Source: Dictyostelium discoideum (taxonomy: Eukaryota). From it: a stretch of 64,000 nt of DNA. The stretch is taken from assembly GCA_000004695.1 (NCBI GenBank), contig CM000155.2:896001-960000 (forward strand), given 5' to 3'. Both the position numbers and the translations under genes were made by a program. Below the pieces are notes generated by a model. That model was not told the DNA's origin. It saw only the letters and a list, made by a program, of their open reading frames with translations, and did no database searches. Shown here one piece after another: positions 1 to 13,859 of this stretch. Within the stretch, counting starts at the first letter, position 1, and every line of letters begins with the position of its first letter.

Positions 1-846
1 AAATTGATTGATTGATGTGTTATTGTGATTAGTTATTAAATGATTGATAATATTGATTGCTTCATGGTCATTTGCAGTACCAGGTGATAATATCCATCTT
101 TTCTTATGTTTATTTATTTGAAAAGGTGAAGAAATTGTTGTTGATATTGGATTATGATCTGATAATGAAGATGGAATTTGGTGGACTTGAGTATATATAT
201 TTTCAGGGTCTATTCTATTGTATTGAGTATATATTCTATCTAATATGTTACCATGTGTATGAGTTGGAGTGTTTTTAAATTCACCTTGATCAATTAGATG
301 GTGTTGGTATGTGTAGGATTGGATAATATCATCTAATAGTGAATTGTCGTTGTGGATACAGTTGAAATCTCCTGCGATAATAGATACATGTTGGGATTGG
401 TTTGGTATTGGGTTTGTTGAGTGGTTGTGGAGAAGTGTTTGTAGTGAAGTTGCATATGAATTCTTTTTGATGGTATTATTTGATGCTGGTGCGTAAATTC
501 CAAGAATACCAATTGGTAATTGATTTGGAAATATAACGTCTGCTAAAATAGCTCTACCATCAATTGTTGATATGTGTTTGAGTTTGAGTGTGTTTGGGTT
601 ATGGTTAATGATGATTACACCATTTCCTCGTTTGGTGACAGAGATGATGTGATCGGGAAAATCATGTTTAAGTTGTAATGGTGATGAATTGAGTTCAGTG
701 AGTATTGAGATTGTTGGACGAGGTGGAAGTTTTGATATAAGTAGTTGTAGTGTGTCAACAGCTTTTTGGTAGGAATTGTGTTGATTGTTTGGGTTTTCAG
801 TGAATCCTCTACAATTCCAAGTTATAAAGTTGATTTTTGAGCTCAT
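1..846 (-). CDS. Retrotransposon ORF2, N-terminal AP-endonuclease domain (partial; continues beyond the window start)
   Basis: ATG at 846..844 overlaps the ORF1 stop. Translation: MSSKINFITWNCRGFTENPNNQ...LTELNSSPL...GNGVIIINHN...ILGIYAPASNN...IIAGDFNCIHNDNSLLDD. The frame stays open to the window edge. Confidence 0.55.
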   Translation of the reverse strand, partial: MSSKINFITWNCRGFTENPNNQHNSYQKAVDTLQLLISKLPPRPTISILTELNSSPLQLKHDFPDHIISVTKRGNGVIIINHNPNTLKLKHISTIDGRAILADVIFPNQLPIGILGIYAPASNNTIKKNSYATSLQTLLHNHSTNPIPNQSQHVSIIAGDFNCIHNDNSLLDDIIQSYTYQHHLIDQGEFKNTPTHTHGNILDRIYTQYNRIDPENIYTQVHQIPSSLSDHNPISTTISSPFQINKHKKRWILSPGTANDHEAINIINHLITNHNNTSINQF

Positions 847-2051
847 ACCTTACTAGGTTTGGCAGCACCAGTATTGACTGGTTGTGTAGTCAGGGCATTG
901 CTGCTTCTTCTTGTATTTATTGGATTTGGAGTTGGTGCACTTGGTTTGTTTGGTTGAGATTGTAGAGGTTTTTGTGGTACAATTGTTGGATCGGTTGGAT
1001 TGCTCATTGATAATGAGTTTTTCCCGTTATTATTATTTGAAGAATCACTTTTGTGTGAAATTTCATTATTGTTTTGGGATTGATTGTTAATATCAAGTGA
1101 TTCATTTAGTATAGCTTTTGAACCACTATTTTGAAGTGAGTTATTATTGCGATTGGAATTTGCAATTTCGTTGATTGGTGGGGTTTTAATGTTGTTTTTT
1201 GGTGGTTGATTGTTTTTGTTCATGTTTGGGTTTGTGATGGCATTTTTTATAGTTGTTGCCATATCTGCATTTTTTGCATGTTGAATTTTGTGTTTAGTGA
1301 CACTACGTGTTGCAGCTTTGATATATCTTGTGATACCAGATGGTTGTTCGATCTTTTGATCAACAATGTTGTGTGTGTGATCAATTAGCTGATATGTTAT
1401 AATGTAGCTTTTAAACGCAACAGCATATGAGTATGTGACAGTAAATGATTCAATTGATGTACAACTGGTGAATTTAGTGAGGTTGTTTGTAATTGCATCG
1501 TTTGCATGTTTGGGTGAGTACGTTTTAATGAATGTTTTAATGATTGCATAATCATTTGATGATATATCGAATCTATAGTTGAGTTTGTCGATATTTAGTG
1601 CAAGTTGGTTTTGAAGGTTGATTATTGAAGTTAATTTATCAACGTTGCAATTTACGAAGGCAGTTGCACCAATTATTTTGAATGCTGATGGCGACAGTAT
1701 ATCTTCGAAGAGTTTGTGAATGTTTTTGTGAATTTGTTGAATTCTTGTGTCATCTTTTGAGGTTAATTCTTCACGGATGTGTGGTTGATTAAAGTAACAC
1801 TTAATGTTGATGGTGTTATTGTTTTTTTCTAAGAAAGAGAGTGGTCTTGTGATTGATGGAGGTGCAATGATATCTAATTGATTATCAAGTCCTTTGTTTA
1901 GTGAGAGTTGGTTTGTTGGGGTTTGTTTTTTAGGTGTGTCGATTTTTGCACTTTTGTTTTTTGTTGTTGAGGTTGTGGAGGTATTATTTGTATTGGTTGT
2001 GTTGTTATCTGTATGATTTAACTGTAATTCAGTTGAGTGATCATCAGCCAT
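843..2051 (-). CDS. Retrotransposon ORF1 (Ser/Thr/Asn-rich nucleic-acid-binding-type protein)
   Basis: Continuous 402-aa ORF starting at ATG 2051. Its stop TGA overlaps the ORF2 ATG. The composition is low-complexity (poly-N/T/S) with a basic C-terminal part, as expected for ORF1 of non-LTR elements. Confidence 0.5.
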   Translation of the reverse strand: MADDHSTELQLNHTDNNTTNTNNTSTTSTTKNKSAKIDTPKKQTPTNQLSLNKGLDNQLDIIAPPSITRPLSFLEKNNNTINIKCYFNQPHIREELTSKDDTRIQQIHKNIHKLFEDILSPSAFKIIGATAFVNCNVDKLTSIINLQNQLALNIDKLNYRFDISSNDYAIIKTFIKTYSPKHANDAITNNLTKFTSCTSIESFTVTYSYAVAFKSYIITYQLIDHTHNIVDQKIEQPSGITRYIKAATRSVTKHKIQHAKNADMATTIKNAITNPNMNKNNQPPKNNIKTPPINEIANSNRNNNSLQNSGSKAILNESLDINNQSQNNNEISHKSDSSNNNNGKNSLSMSNPTDPTIVPQKPLQSQPNKPSAPTPNPINTRRSSNALTTQPVNTGAAKPSKV

Positions 2052-2265
2052 TGTTGAAAAGTATATAGGACGATAGCCCTTGCTTTATTGAGCAAAAAAG
2101 GGTAAAATTAAGAGGAATGAATGTGGCGGTGAAGATATAACAGTGATTTATTTATTATATGTATAAATTCTCGTTTATTTCTTTGTTTTTTCGGTTTTTT
2201 TTTTTTTTTTTTTTTACCTGTGATCAGACCTTCCTTGCCTTCATTTAGAAGGTTTTAAAAATTTT

Positions 2266-2339
2266 TGCCTCAGGCCGGGATCGAACCAGCGACCTTAAGA
2301 TCTTCAGTCTCACGCTCGTACCAACTGAGCTACTAAGGC
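2266..2339 (-). tRNA. tRNA-Phe (anticodon GAA)
   Basis: Reverse complement reads GCCTTAG TA GCTC AGTTGGTAC GAGC G TGAGA CTGAAGA TCTTA AGGTC GCTGG TTCGATC CCGGC CTGAGGC A. This gives a 7-bp acceptor stem, a 5-bp anticodon stem, anticodon GAA in a 7-nt loop, a T-arm GGTTCGATCC (B box) and discriminator A. The anticodon arm is nearly identical to yeast tRNA-Phe. A T5 pol III terminator follows on the coding strand. Confidence 0.85.
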
Positions 2340-2615
2340 TTGATGAAATTTATATTTTTTATACAAGGTGACCTTTTTTATAACTTTATTTAATAATTTG
2401 AATTAGTGAATATTGTTTTATTGGTTTTAAATTTAATGTTAAAAAAAAAAGGTTATTTATTAATATATTTAATTGAATAAAGGAAAGAGTTTTTCAAAAG
2501 AAAAATGTAGGAAATTAAAAAAAAAGATTGGAAATTAAAAAAAAAAAAAAAAAAAAAATTAAAAAAAAAATTTTATTTTACATTCAAACACACAAACATA
2601 CACACATACACCGAA

Positions 2616-3220
2616 ATGTCAGAAAAATTTAAACAAAATCGAAGAAAATTTGAATATCAAGGAAGAACTATATATGAATGGGATCAATCAATAGAAGAAA
2701 TTAACATATATATTCAACCTCCACCAGGTTTAACATCTAAAATGGTTGCATGTGAAATTACACCAACTCAATTAATTTTAGGTATTAAAGGTAATCCACC
2801 ATTCATTAATGTAAATATTCATCCCACTCCACACCACTTCACCCCACCCTATCCCCCAAATGTCAACACCTAATTTATAATTATAAAAATAATGATAATT
2901 ATAATAATAAGTTATTCATTCTCGGCTAACCTAAATTAATGTTAATAAAAAAGGAACCATTTTTTTCAACAATAAAACAAAAAGATAGTTTTTGGACTTT
3001 TGAAGATGGTATAATTCATGTTACACTTCAAAAAATGAATAAAGCAGAAACATGGATGGCAGCACTTAAAGGTCATTTAAATCAAAATGAAAGTTTATTA
3101 AATGAAGAGGATAAAAAAAAGATAATGTTAGAAAGATTTCAAGAAGAACATGATGGTTTCGATTTCTCTGGTGCTGAATTCACTGGTAATAATGTACCAG
3201 ATCCAAGAAAATGTAATTGA
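2616..3220 (+). CDS. NudC/CS (p23-like) domain protein, NUDCD2-like. Two exons: 2616..2810, 2954..3220
   Basis: Exon 1 ends ...GNPPFIN, followed by a GTAAAT donor at 2811. Acceptor AAG at 2951..2953. Exon 2 begins EPFFSTIKQKDSFWTFEDGIIHVTLQKMNKAETW..., and the join is in frame (phase 0). The CS-domain pattern EW.Q...E..I...P.G....I....L......W.. is present. Confidence 0.55.
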
Positions 3221-3532
3221 TTTTTATATTTCTATTTTTATCATTTTTATTTTTATCATTTTTTATATATATGCTAACATTTTTTCTTTATTATTTACTG
3301 CTTTAGTTTTAGGAGGATTAAAAAAATAATAATAAAGTGATACACACATGTACAATTTAAAATAATAATCATGATTATTGGTGTAGAGACACCCACCTCA
3401 TCGATGCTTCATTTTTTTCATTTTTTTTTATTTTATTTTCCCATTTTTATTTTTTTTTTTTAAATTTCATTTTTATTTTTTTTTTTTTTTAAATTAATTT
3501 TGCTTTTTCACCAACAAATATAAAAATAATAA

Positions 3533-4456
3533 ATGAATAATAGTAATAATATTTTCAAATTTATAACATCAAATATTCAAAAACAAGTTATTTTAAATAA
3601 AAATAATAAAATTTTAAATAAATCATTATATTTAAATAACTATTATTATAATAAAAATATTGAAAATGCTAAAATTATAAATCAAACAGCAACAACAGCA
3701 ACGATAATTGTACCATCATTAAATAATAGAAATAATTTTAACAATATAATTAGAAATTATAGTAATAGAGGTTACCCACATCGTAGATATAATAATAGTA
3801 ACGATGATGATGATGATAATAATGGTAGATTAAACTTTTTACCAAGTAAAGATAATAAGGATTCACTATTGGAGAGAATATCAGGTGTACTTGTAGGACT
3901 TGCATCGGTTGCTTTATTAGTTTATGTATTTTATGATGGAGCTTTTGAAATTGTTATAAATAATTTAATTTTCAAGAAAACAGTTGACACATTAAGATCA
4001 AATGAAAAGGTTCAAGCAGTTTTTGGCCAAGATTTCACTGCTAAAGGTTTAGGTTTTCGTTCAAATGGCTCTTTTAATTATAAACATAGTGTTGATAAAA
4101 ATGGTGATAAAATAGTTTTTGTAAGTATATATTAAATTTAATATATATTACTCACAATTAGTATACTAATATTTATTCTTTAGATTAGTTTTATGATTGA
4201 ATCAGAGAAAGGAAAGATTGGAGTTGTTGAATGTAAATCTGTTAGAACTAGTACATTAGATTTAGAAATTAAAATATTAAAAGTTAAATATGAAAATTAT
4301 AAAACAATTACAATTGTTGATGAAGCATTACCAAAGAAATTTAATAATAAATTAAAGAATTTCCTTTCAATATTTGGTATAACAATTAATAATAATAATG
4401 GGAATGATAATAGTGGTGGTAGTAGTAGTAGTAGTAGTGGTGGATCATCAAATTAA
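3533..4456 (+). CDS. Tim21-like mitochondrial inner-membrane translocase subunit. Two exons: 3533..4120, 4184..4456
   Basis: The N-terminus is R/Y/N-rich like a presequence, followed by a single TM (ISGVLVGLASVALLVYVFY) and a domain ...KTVDTLRSNEKVQAVFGQDFTAKGLGFRSNGSFNYKHSVDKNGDKIVF|ISFMIESEKGKIGVVECKSV... consistent with the Tim21 IMS domain. Donor GTAAGT at 4121, acceptor TAG at 4181..4183, phase 0. Confidence 0.5.
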
Positions 4457-4573
4457 TATAAAAATAAAAATATAATATTATTCAATATAATTTAATAAAA
4501 AATAATTAAATTTTATTAATTTTTTGTATTTGTTTTTAGTTCATTTTGTGTTATTATTATTATTTAAATTTTA

Positions 4574-7500
4574 TTACTTTGATTTTGGTTTTGGTTTCGG
4601 TTTGGGTTTTGAAGTTGTTTTTTGTTTCTTTTTAATCTTTTCATCATCTGAAGATATTTCTTCTAGTTCAGATTCAGATTCTTCAGATTCTGGTTCAGAC
4701 TCTTCTTCAGATTCTTCTTCAGGTTCACTTTCATCCTTCTTTTGTCTTTTTGCATTTCTTTTTGTGGTTGTGGTAGTGGTGGTTGTAGATTTCTTTTTTG
4801 TAGGTTTCTTTAATTTTACATTTGATTTTTTATCATTTTTATTTGATAGATTATCTTTTTCTTTAATATTGCCATTATTGTCATTATCATCATCATTGTC
4901 ATCATCTAAAATATTTTTACTAAATTTAGAAGGTACCTGCATACCTTGAATATCATGTTTTTCATTCAATGATAAAAGATGAAAATTTAAAGTATCAATT
5001 TGCTTATTATTTGAAATGATTTCAATATTACCATTATTTGCCAATTGTAAACAAGATGTAAACATTCTACAAACCTCATAAGTTGGTGAATTCTTTGTTA
5101 TTTCACCAAATGGAACAGTTGCTTCTTTATTTATTATTATACAATCATCATCATCTTCTTCTTCATCTTCTTCGGTTTCAATGGTTGGTTTAATGATTTC
5201 TTCTTTTAATTTTTTATTTGTTGTTGCAAAAGGTTTCATACCATTTAAAAATTTATTACCATAAACATGAATATCAAAAGTTGGATGAGAATCTTGTTCA
5301 ATTAGAATTGGTGTTAATCTATTGTTCCAATCATTTACTCTTTGTGATAATGCAGTCTCTCTAACGTATTTGGAAGCACTTTCTAAATATTTCTCAACAT
5401 AGGATCTACATAACTCCTCATAGGTTTGTGTTGGTTTACTTAATTCAATATCAATCCCATTCTCTGATATAAATCTTTCTACTACATGTTCTTCTCCATT
5501 TGAATTACCAAAATTATATTGACTACCACCATTTTGAAATGGTCCATCATGATATTCAATATTATTATTATTATTATTATTATTATTATCACCACCTTCA
5601 TAATCTGAATCGTCACCCCCACCACCACCTAAATCACCATAGTCGTCATCATCGTCATCACCCCATCCCATACCAATACCATCTCCATTATTATCTTCAT
5701 TATTATTATTTTCTTGAGTAAAGAACTGTTCTTCATTATTATTATTATTACTGTCATATTCATCATTTAAATCAAAACCATTATTTTTATTTGCTAATCT
5801 TTGTTTTCTTAAAAGTTGTTTATTTTGTTGAATGTTTTTATTATAAAGATAATTTAATTCTTTAAAGAAACAACCTCTTAATGATAATGATTCATTTGGA
5901 AATGAAATGATTGGTTCTGTTGAAAACGATAATACTTTTTCTACTTTATTAGATTCGATTGTTGGTTTCTCTTTTTTCAATTTCTTTTTTTTATCAGAAT
6001 CTAAAAGATTGAATGGAATATTAAATGTTTTACCCTTTTTGAATGGTCTACTATTATTTTTAACATCTTCATCAAATGGATTTAATAATGCCCATGCATC
6101 TTTTGTTGTTGGTTGAACTTGAGCTTTTTTTCTATTTAATCTATCTTTTTTATCATTTAATTTTGAAGATGATGATGATAAATTATTATTATTATTACCA
6201 TTTTCTTGTAGTGTTGGTGGTAGTGGTGGCGGATTAGTACCATCATTATTGTCATCATGTTTCATACCAATACCATCATTATTATCATCATCATCATCAT
6301 CATCATTATTATCATCATCGCTACTATCTTGACCTGCACCTGCATTCTCAAAACCACTACCATCATCTTTATTATTTTCATTTAAATTTGTATTTGAAGA
6401 AGAGGGTTGTAGGGGGTGTTCTCCATTAGGGGGTAGTAACGAGTCATTACTTTTTTCATTTAACTTTTTAAAGAAATCACCACCACCACCACCGCCACCA
6501 TTCATTTGATAGTTATTATTATTATTATCATCTACATCATCAGTATATTGATTCCTGTGAAAATTTAATGGCTTATTATTTGATAGAAAGTTTTCATTAT
6601 CCAAGAAATCTAAACCTCTTAATACCATTGCACCATTCTTTGATACGATTGCATCATTCATTCTAAAATCACTCCTTTTTAAATCATTCTTTTTACCATA
6701 AATTTCATTACTATTACTTTGAATACTATGAATATCTTTTTCATCCATTTCATTGGTACCACTATCACCATTTAAATCCATCATTAAATTCCTATCAGTT
6801 GAACTACTATTATTCATTAATGCAATTTTATAAGTTGATTCATTTGATACTTGATCATCTTCATTCTCTTTTCTTTTATTTGATTTCATTTTTTTTCTTA
6901 TACCACCATCACCACCACCATCCTCTTCTTCATTCTCACCATCATTTAAATCAATATTATCATCTTCAATTAAAATATCATCTAATGCTAAAAATTCTAC
7001 ATCATCTTCATTTTCAATATCTCTATCAACACCTTCTGAATTAATTGATGTTGCATCTTTTCTTTTTCTAATTTTTTTTTTTTTTTTTTATTTTAAAAAT
7101 AAAATAAAATAAAATAAAATAAATAAAATAAATTGTTATTAAATTAATTCATTTTATATTTGTATATTTATTATTATTATTGTAAAATTTTTAATTACTT
7201 TTTTTGTGCTAATAAATCCAATGTTTGATAAAGTAAACTATATAGGTATTCTACTTTTTTACTATAAATAACTGCTGATCCTTGAATTAATAATGCAGCT
7301 AAATTTTTAAAAAAATAAAATTTATATATATCAGTATGATTTTATTACTTTTTTATTTTTTATTATTTTTTTATTTTTTATTTTTTTTTTTTTTCTTACC
7401 TTCAGCGAAATTTAAAGTTTTTACTTGATTAGTACCTTCAAATGTGAATGAAATTTTATCCAAATCTGATAAATAATCTTCCAATTCTTTTGAAATATCA

Positions 7501-7574
7501 ATTTGCCAATTTTCTGCAAGATCTCTAATTGGTTGAATTAGGTATGAATAATCTTTTGTTGCAGTAACTTCCAT
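4574..7574 (-). CDS. ncaph2: Condensin-2 complex subunit H2 (kleisin-beta, NCAPH2). Three exons: 7574..7400, 7298..7199, 7067..4574
   Basis: Exon 1 encodes [59 protein letters not shown], matching the NCAPH2 N-terminus (..LLQPIRDLTKNWEVDVA.QLGEYLEELD.I.ISFDEGKTTMNFIEA). Exon 2 (phase 1) encodes [34 protein letters not shown], matching [23 protein letters not shown]. Exon 3 contains [13 protein letters not shown]...[65 protein letters not shown] and the C-terminal winged-helix motif [23 protein letters not shown]. Splice sites: GTAAG donor at 7399, TAG acceptor at 7301..7299, GTAATT donor at 7198, TAG acceptor at 7070..7068. Confidence 0.75.
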
Positions 7575-7577
7575 CTA

Positions 7578-7608
<31 letters not shown>

Positions 7609-7841
7609 ATGTTATTAAACATCAACTAGTAGTTGATATGTTTTTGATTTAATTTTATTATTATATTTTAAATTTTTTTAATTTTTATTTTTAAAATAGT
7701 AAAACTAATATTTTTATAAAAAATACAGAAAAACAAATTTGTACTTAGTTTTAGAAAAAAAAAAATTTAAAACTAAAAAATTAAAAAAATTATGAAAATT
7801 GAAATTTTTTGGTGGGGAATTTTTAAAAAATTGGCGCCAAA

Positions 7842-7878
<37 letters not shown>

Positions 7879-8349
7879 AGTAAAAGTTTTTATTAATTTA
7901 ATTATTTACAAATGTAAGATATAAAATATCTTAAACTTTATTTACTTGGTATACTTGTAATATTGATCATATTAAGAATATATATTGTAATAATTAATTT
8001 TTTTTATAAAATTAATTTTTATTTTTATTTTCATAATTTTTTTTTTTTATTTTTATTTTTATTTTTTTTCATTTTTTAATTTTTAAAATTTGGGGGGAAA
8101 TTTTATCAGTTATAGTTTTTTTTTTTTTTTTTTTCATTTTTAATTTTTAATTTTTTTAACCCGAACAGATAGATTAAAACAAATAAACACACATAACCCA
8201 CACACACAATTAATATTTTTTTTTTTCTTTTTTTTCTTTTGTAATAACAATTTATCATAATAAATAAAAAAAAAAAAAAAAAAACTAGATAATAAAAAAA
8301 TAAAAAAAATAAAGAAAATTAAAAAAAAAAAAAAAGATAAATAAATAAA

Positions 8350-10031
8350 ATGGATCAACCAACAATTGAAGAATATGAAGAAACTACTACTACTACTGCC
8401 ACTACTACTACAGTCACAAAAAAAGATGAGAAATCAAAAGTAGAAATTGGTGAAGGTGAAGCAGGTATTACATTTGAAGATTATGAGGAAGAAGGTGAAG
8501 AAGAAGGTGAAGAGGAAGGTGAAGAGGAGGAAGAAGAAGAAGAAGAAGAAAAAGATAAAGAAACCATCATTAAAAGTGCAGAGGGAAATGAAAAAGCAGG
8601 TGATCTTTTGATGAAAGAAAAAGATTATTCATCTGCATGTGGTTTATATTGTGTTGCTTTAAAAAATTTGTAATTATTCTCTTTATAGTTAAATAAAATA
8701 AAATAATAATAAAAATAATAAAAATATTAATTAAAATTATTTAAATTAGATCATCAATTTATGGTGCATTATCACCAAAAGTTGCACATTTATATGTTAA
8801 ATATGGTAATTCATTAATTTTAACCTATAAACAAGAAGAATCTGAAAATTTAATGAATTTATTAGGTTCAAAGATTAAAGAAATTGCTGAAAAAGGTGAA
8901 GATTCAACTACCTCTTCAACTACTCCACCACAAACAACTACTACTACAACCACCACCACCACAACTACTACAACTACTACAACCACTCCTACTGAAGATG
9001 CACCAGATAAGAATGCATCAGATAAAAAAAATAGTAAAAAAGAAGAAGAAGAATCTGAAGATATTTCAACTGAAGAATCATCAAAACCTGTAAATAAACT
9101 AAACACAAAAGAAAATGAAGATGATGAAGCAACTCCAATTCAAATCGCTTGGGAAGTTTTAGAAACTGCAAGAGTAATCTATGAAAAAGAAAAAGATAAA
9201 CAAATTGAACTTTCAGATGTACATGTTTCATTAGGTGATTTATTCATTGATTCTGGTAATTTTTAAAATTTTATAAAATTATATATAATTCTAAATTTAA
9301 ATTTAATTTTATTAATAATTTTTAATTTTTATTTTTTAATTTACATATATTTAGATCAAATTGAAAATGCAATTGAAGAATATGATAAAGCATTAAGAAT
9401 TAGAAAAGATATTAGAGATAATGATTTAAGATCAATTGCAGAGATTCATTATGCAATGGGTTTAGCATTCCATGTTGATAATAAAGCACCAATCGCTGAG
9501 AAACATTATAGAACTGCCATTGATTTATTGGGTGATCAATTGAATAAGATACAACAATCATTGAATGGAGAAACTGATACTGATAAATTAAAGAGTTTGG
9601 CTGATGAAATTCAAGAATTGAAAAATATTATCGTTGATCTTCAAGGTAGATTGGATGAAGTTGTTCCAATTGATACCTCAAATGAACCAGTACCAAAAGA
9701 ACTTCAACAGGATGAACAACAACCAGTTTTCTCAACTTCTGCTAGTCAAAATCCAATTAAACCTGGAACTCCAGTTAATACTTTTGGTGTAGTTGGTAAA
9801 TCTGCAAGAAGAAGTATTACACCTCAAACTAATAATAGTAATAGTAGTTCAACTCCTTCAACTCCAAATAAATTTACTCCAATTGAAACAACAACAACTA
9901 CTGCATCCACAACTGAAACCAACAATACTTCAACAACCAATGGTAAGAGAAGACTTGAAGATCTTATGAATGGTGCTCAAGTACCAGAATCATTTTCAAC
10001 AAATTCCGAAGAAAAAAAACAAAAACTATAA
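8350..10031 (+). CDS. nasp: NASP / SHNi-TPR family histone H3-H4 chaperone. Three exons: 8350..8669, 8750..9255, 9355..10031
   Basis: An acidic poly-E/EEG insert sits inside TPR-like helices. The conserved IQIAWEVLETARVIYEKE...LSDVHVSLGDLFIDSGNF|DQIENAIEEYDKALRIRKDIRDNDLRSIAEIHYAMGLAFHVDNKAPIAEKHYRTAIDLLGDQL matches the NASP core (LAWEMLD.A..I.....LAEVH..LGEVS.E.ENY..A.EE...CL......L.E.HYQLGLAY). Donor GTAATT at 8670 (phase 2), acceptor TAG at 8747..8749. Donor GTAATT at 9256 (phase 1), acceptor TAG at 9352..9354. A C-terminal coiled coil is present. Confidence 0.7.
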
Positions 10032-10093
10032 ATTATTAAAATAAAATAAAATAAATAATAAATAAAATTTATTCTATGTTTACAATAATTATT

Positions 10094-12415
<2,322 letters not shown>

Positions 12416-12467
12416 TCTATTATTTGTTACTAAAATTTCAATATCATAATAATAAAAACCATATTGA

Positions 12468-13205
12468 TTAAATAATATATTTATTATCTAAAATATATGA
12501 TACCATATTATCTTTATCTTTATTAAATTCCAAACACCATTTTATTGAATTTTTTTTTATATTATTTGTAATTATTTTATTTTTATCATTATTATTATTA
12601 TTATCAATAACTTTATTATTTATATAATTAATTAATAAATTTAATGTTAAAGTTGAAGAGTATTTTATTGAATATTCAATATGATAAGATGTAATTTTAA
12701 AATTTATTATTGATTCTGAAAATAATATTTCTAATAATTGGTTATTATCGGATCTAACAAGAAACATAACATGATCATTTTCAAATTGAAATTGGTATTG
12801 ATTTATTAATAATTTAAAAACTATTAAATGAATGTTTTTAATTTTTGATTGTCCACCAACGATTTTAACAGACTTTATAAAATCTATAATTTCACTTTTT
12901 GTAACTTGTATGAATTGTTTTGTTTCTAATTTATATTTCAATAAATCTAGGCAATTGTTTTTTACCATCCAACCAAATGAATAAATATTTTCAAATTTAA
13001 TTCTATTTTCTGTATAATAATACGTATAGTTTTGAAACTCAATATCCATATTTAGCATTAAATCAAAAATTAATCCATTTAAATATTTGTTTCTAAAAAC
13101 TTTCCAAAATAGTATCTCCCAAATATCCATTGGTATAATTGATTTATTCATTGGTTGAACTATAGATTTATTACTTAGAATATTAATTCCATTTTGTTTT
13201 TCCAT
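12468..13205 (-). CDS. Hypothetical protein, N-terminal part. It is probably the 5' portion of the same gene as 10094..12415, shifted by one frame
   Basis: ATG at 13205, giving a 245-aa ORF MEKQNGINILSNKSIVQPMNKSIIPMDIWEILFWKVF... that ends at TAA 12468..12470. It overlaps by about 20 nt the open upstream extension of the next frame. Confidence 0.4.
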   Translation of the reverse strand: MEKQNGINILSNKSIVQPMNKSIIPMDIWEILFWKVFRNKYLNGLIFDLMLNMDIEFQNYTYYYTENRIKFENIYSFGWMVKNNCLDLLKYKLETKQFIQVTKSEIIDFIKSVKIVGGQSKIKNIHLIVFKLLINQYQFQFENDHVMFLVRSDNNQLLEILFSESIINFKITSYHIEYSIKYSSTLTLNLLINYINNKVIDNNNNNDKNKIITNNIKKNSIKWCLEFNKDKDNMVSYILDNKYII

Positions 13206-13613
13206 TCACTGGGAAATTAATTAAAAAGTTTATTTTTTAAAGGCTGAACTCTTAAATGAATTAAAATTATAAAAATAGTCGGCTTTTTTTTGTGTGAAAA
13301 ATTGTTTTTTTTTACATAAAAAAAAAAAAAATTAAAAAAAAAAAAAAAAACCAACACCATGCAAATTACTTTTTTCATGTAAAAATTTAAAAAATTTTTA
13401 TAATCTAAAAAAAATTTAAAAAAAATCTAAAAAAAAAAAAAATCTTAATTTACTTTTTAATTTATTTTTATTTTATTTTTTATTTAAATAATCTTTAAAT
13501 TGTAAATAATATTATTTATTCTATTAATTTCTTTTAAAAAAAAAAAAATTTCATTTTATTTAAAAATCATTTACATTACATTAAATAATAAAATAAAAAA
13601 AAAAAAATTAAAA

Positions 13614-13859
13614 ATGACAATAATTGGTAATATTTTTTTTATTTATTATTTTGTTTTATTTAAAAAAAAACTAATTTTAAATTTTAAATTAATTATAATA
13701 ATTATAGCACCAACTACTGGCTCTGTTTCAACTGTTAGTTCTGTATTTAAATATGGTTCAAATAGTATTTCAAGTGGTTCTGATTCTTGTTCTGGTTCTG
13801 GTTCTTATGCATATGGTGTTTCATATGGTGTTCCGAAAATAGGTGTCAGTTTAGGATAA
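13614..13859 (+). CDS. Small Ser/Gly-rich protein, possibly of the hssA/2C/7E family. Probably two exons: 13614..13626, 13708..13859
   Basis: ATG ACA ATA ATT G, then a GTAATA donor at 13627. The intron is 81 nt, AT-rich, and ends in TAG at 13705..13707. Spliced product: MTIIAPTTGSVSTVSSVFKYGSNSISSGSDSCSGSGSYAYGVSYGVPKIGVSLG. The intron is a multiple of 3 with no stop, so the unspliced 81-aa ORF is also open. Confidence 0.3.
   Translation: MTIIGNIFFIYYFVLFKKKLILNFKLIIIIIAPTTGSVSTVSSVFKYGSNSISSGSDSCSGSGSYAYGVSYGVPKIGVSLG

Larger units (their letters stand above)
1..2100 (-). mobile_element. 5'-truncated-by-window copy of a tRNA-gene-targeted non-LTR retrotransposon (TRE family, probably TRE3-like). 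ORF1 is followed by an overlapping ORF2 that opens with an apurinic-endonuclease domain. The element 5' end lies about 100 bp downstream of tRNA-Phe, in the same orientation as the tRNA
   Basis: Minus strand. The 402-aa ORF 843..2051 ends in TGA, and that TGA overlaps an ATG in the sequence ATGA. The second reading frame (846 to the window edge at 1) translates as MSSKINFITWNCRGF...AGDFNCIHNDN.., the endonuclease/exonuclease/phosphatase signature seen in LINE-like ORF2 proteins. Dictyostelium TRE elements are known to insert next to tRNA genes. The 3' part of ORF2 lies outside the window. Confidence 0.6.

Noticed and set aside
57-278. 73-aa plus-strand ORF at the window start
   Set aside because: It lies antisense within the retrotransposon ORF2 endonuclease region and has no codon-usage or homology support. 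The minus-strand frame gives the ITWNCRGF endonuclease domain.
4524-4949. 141-aa plus-strand ORF overlapping the 3' end of the condensin H2 gene
   Set aside because: It is the antisense reading of the acidic/Ser-rich C-terminal tail of NCAPH2. Its composition is low-complexity (FGFGLGF, VVVVVV).
8825-9231. Several overlapping ORFs on both strands (VVVVVV, LLQPPPPQ)
   Set aside because: They are alternative-frame and antisense readings of the (ACT/ACC)n poly-Thr tract inside NASP exon 2.
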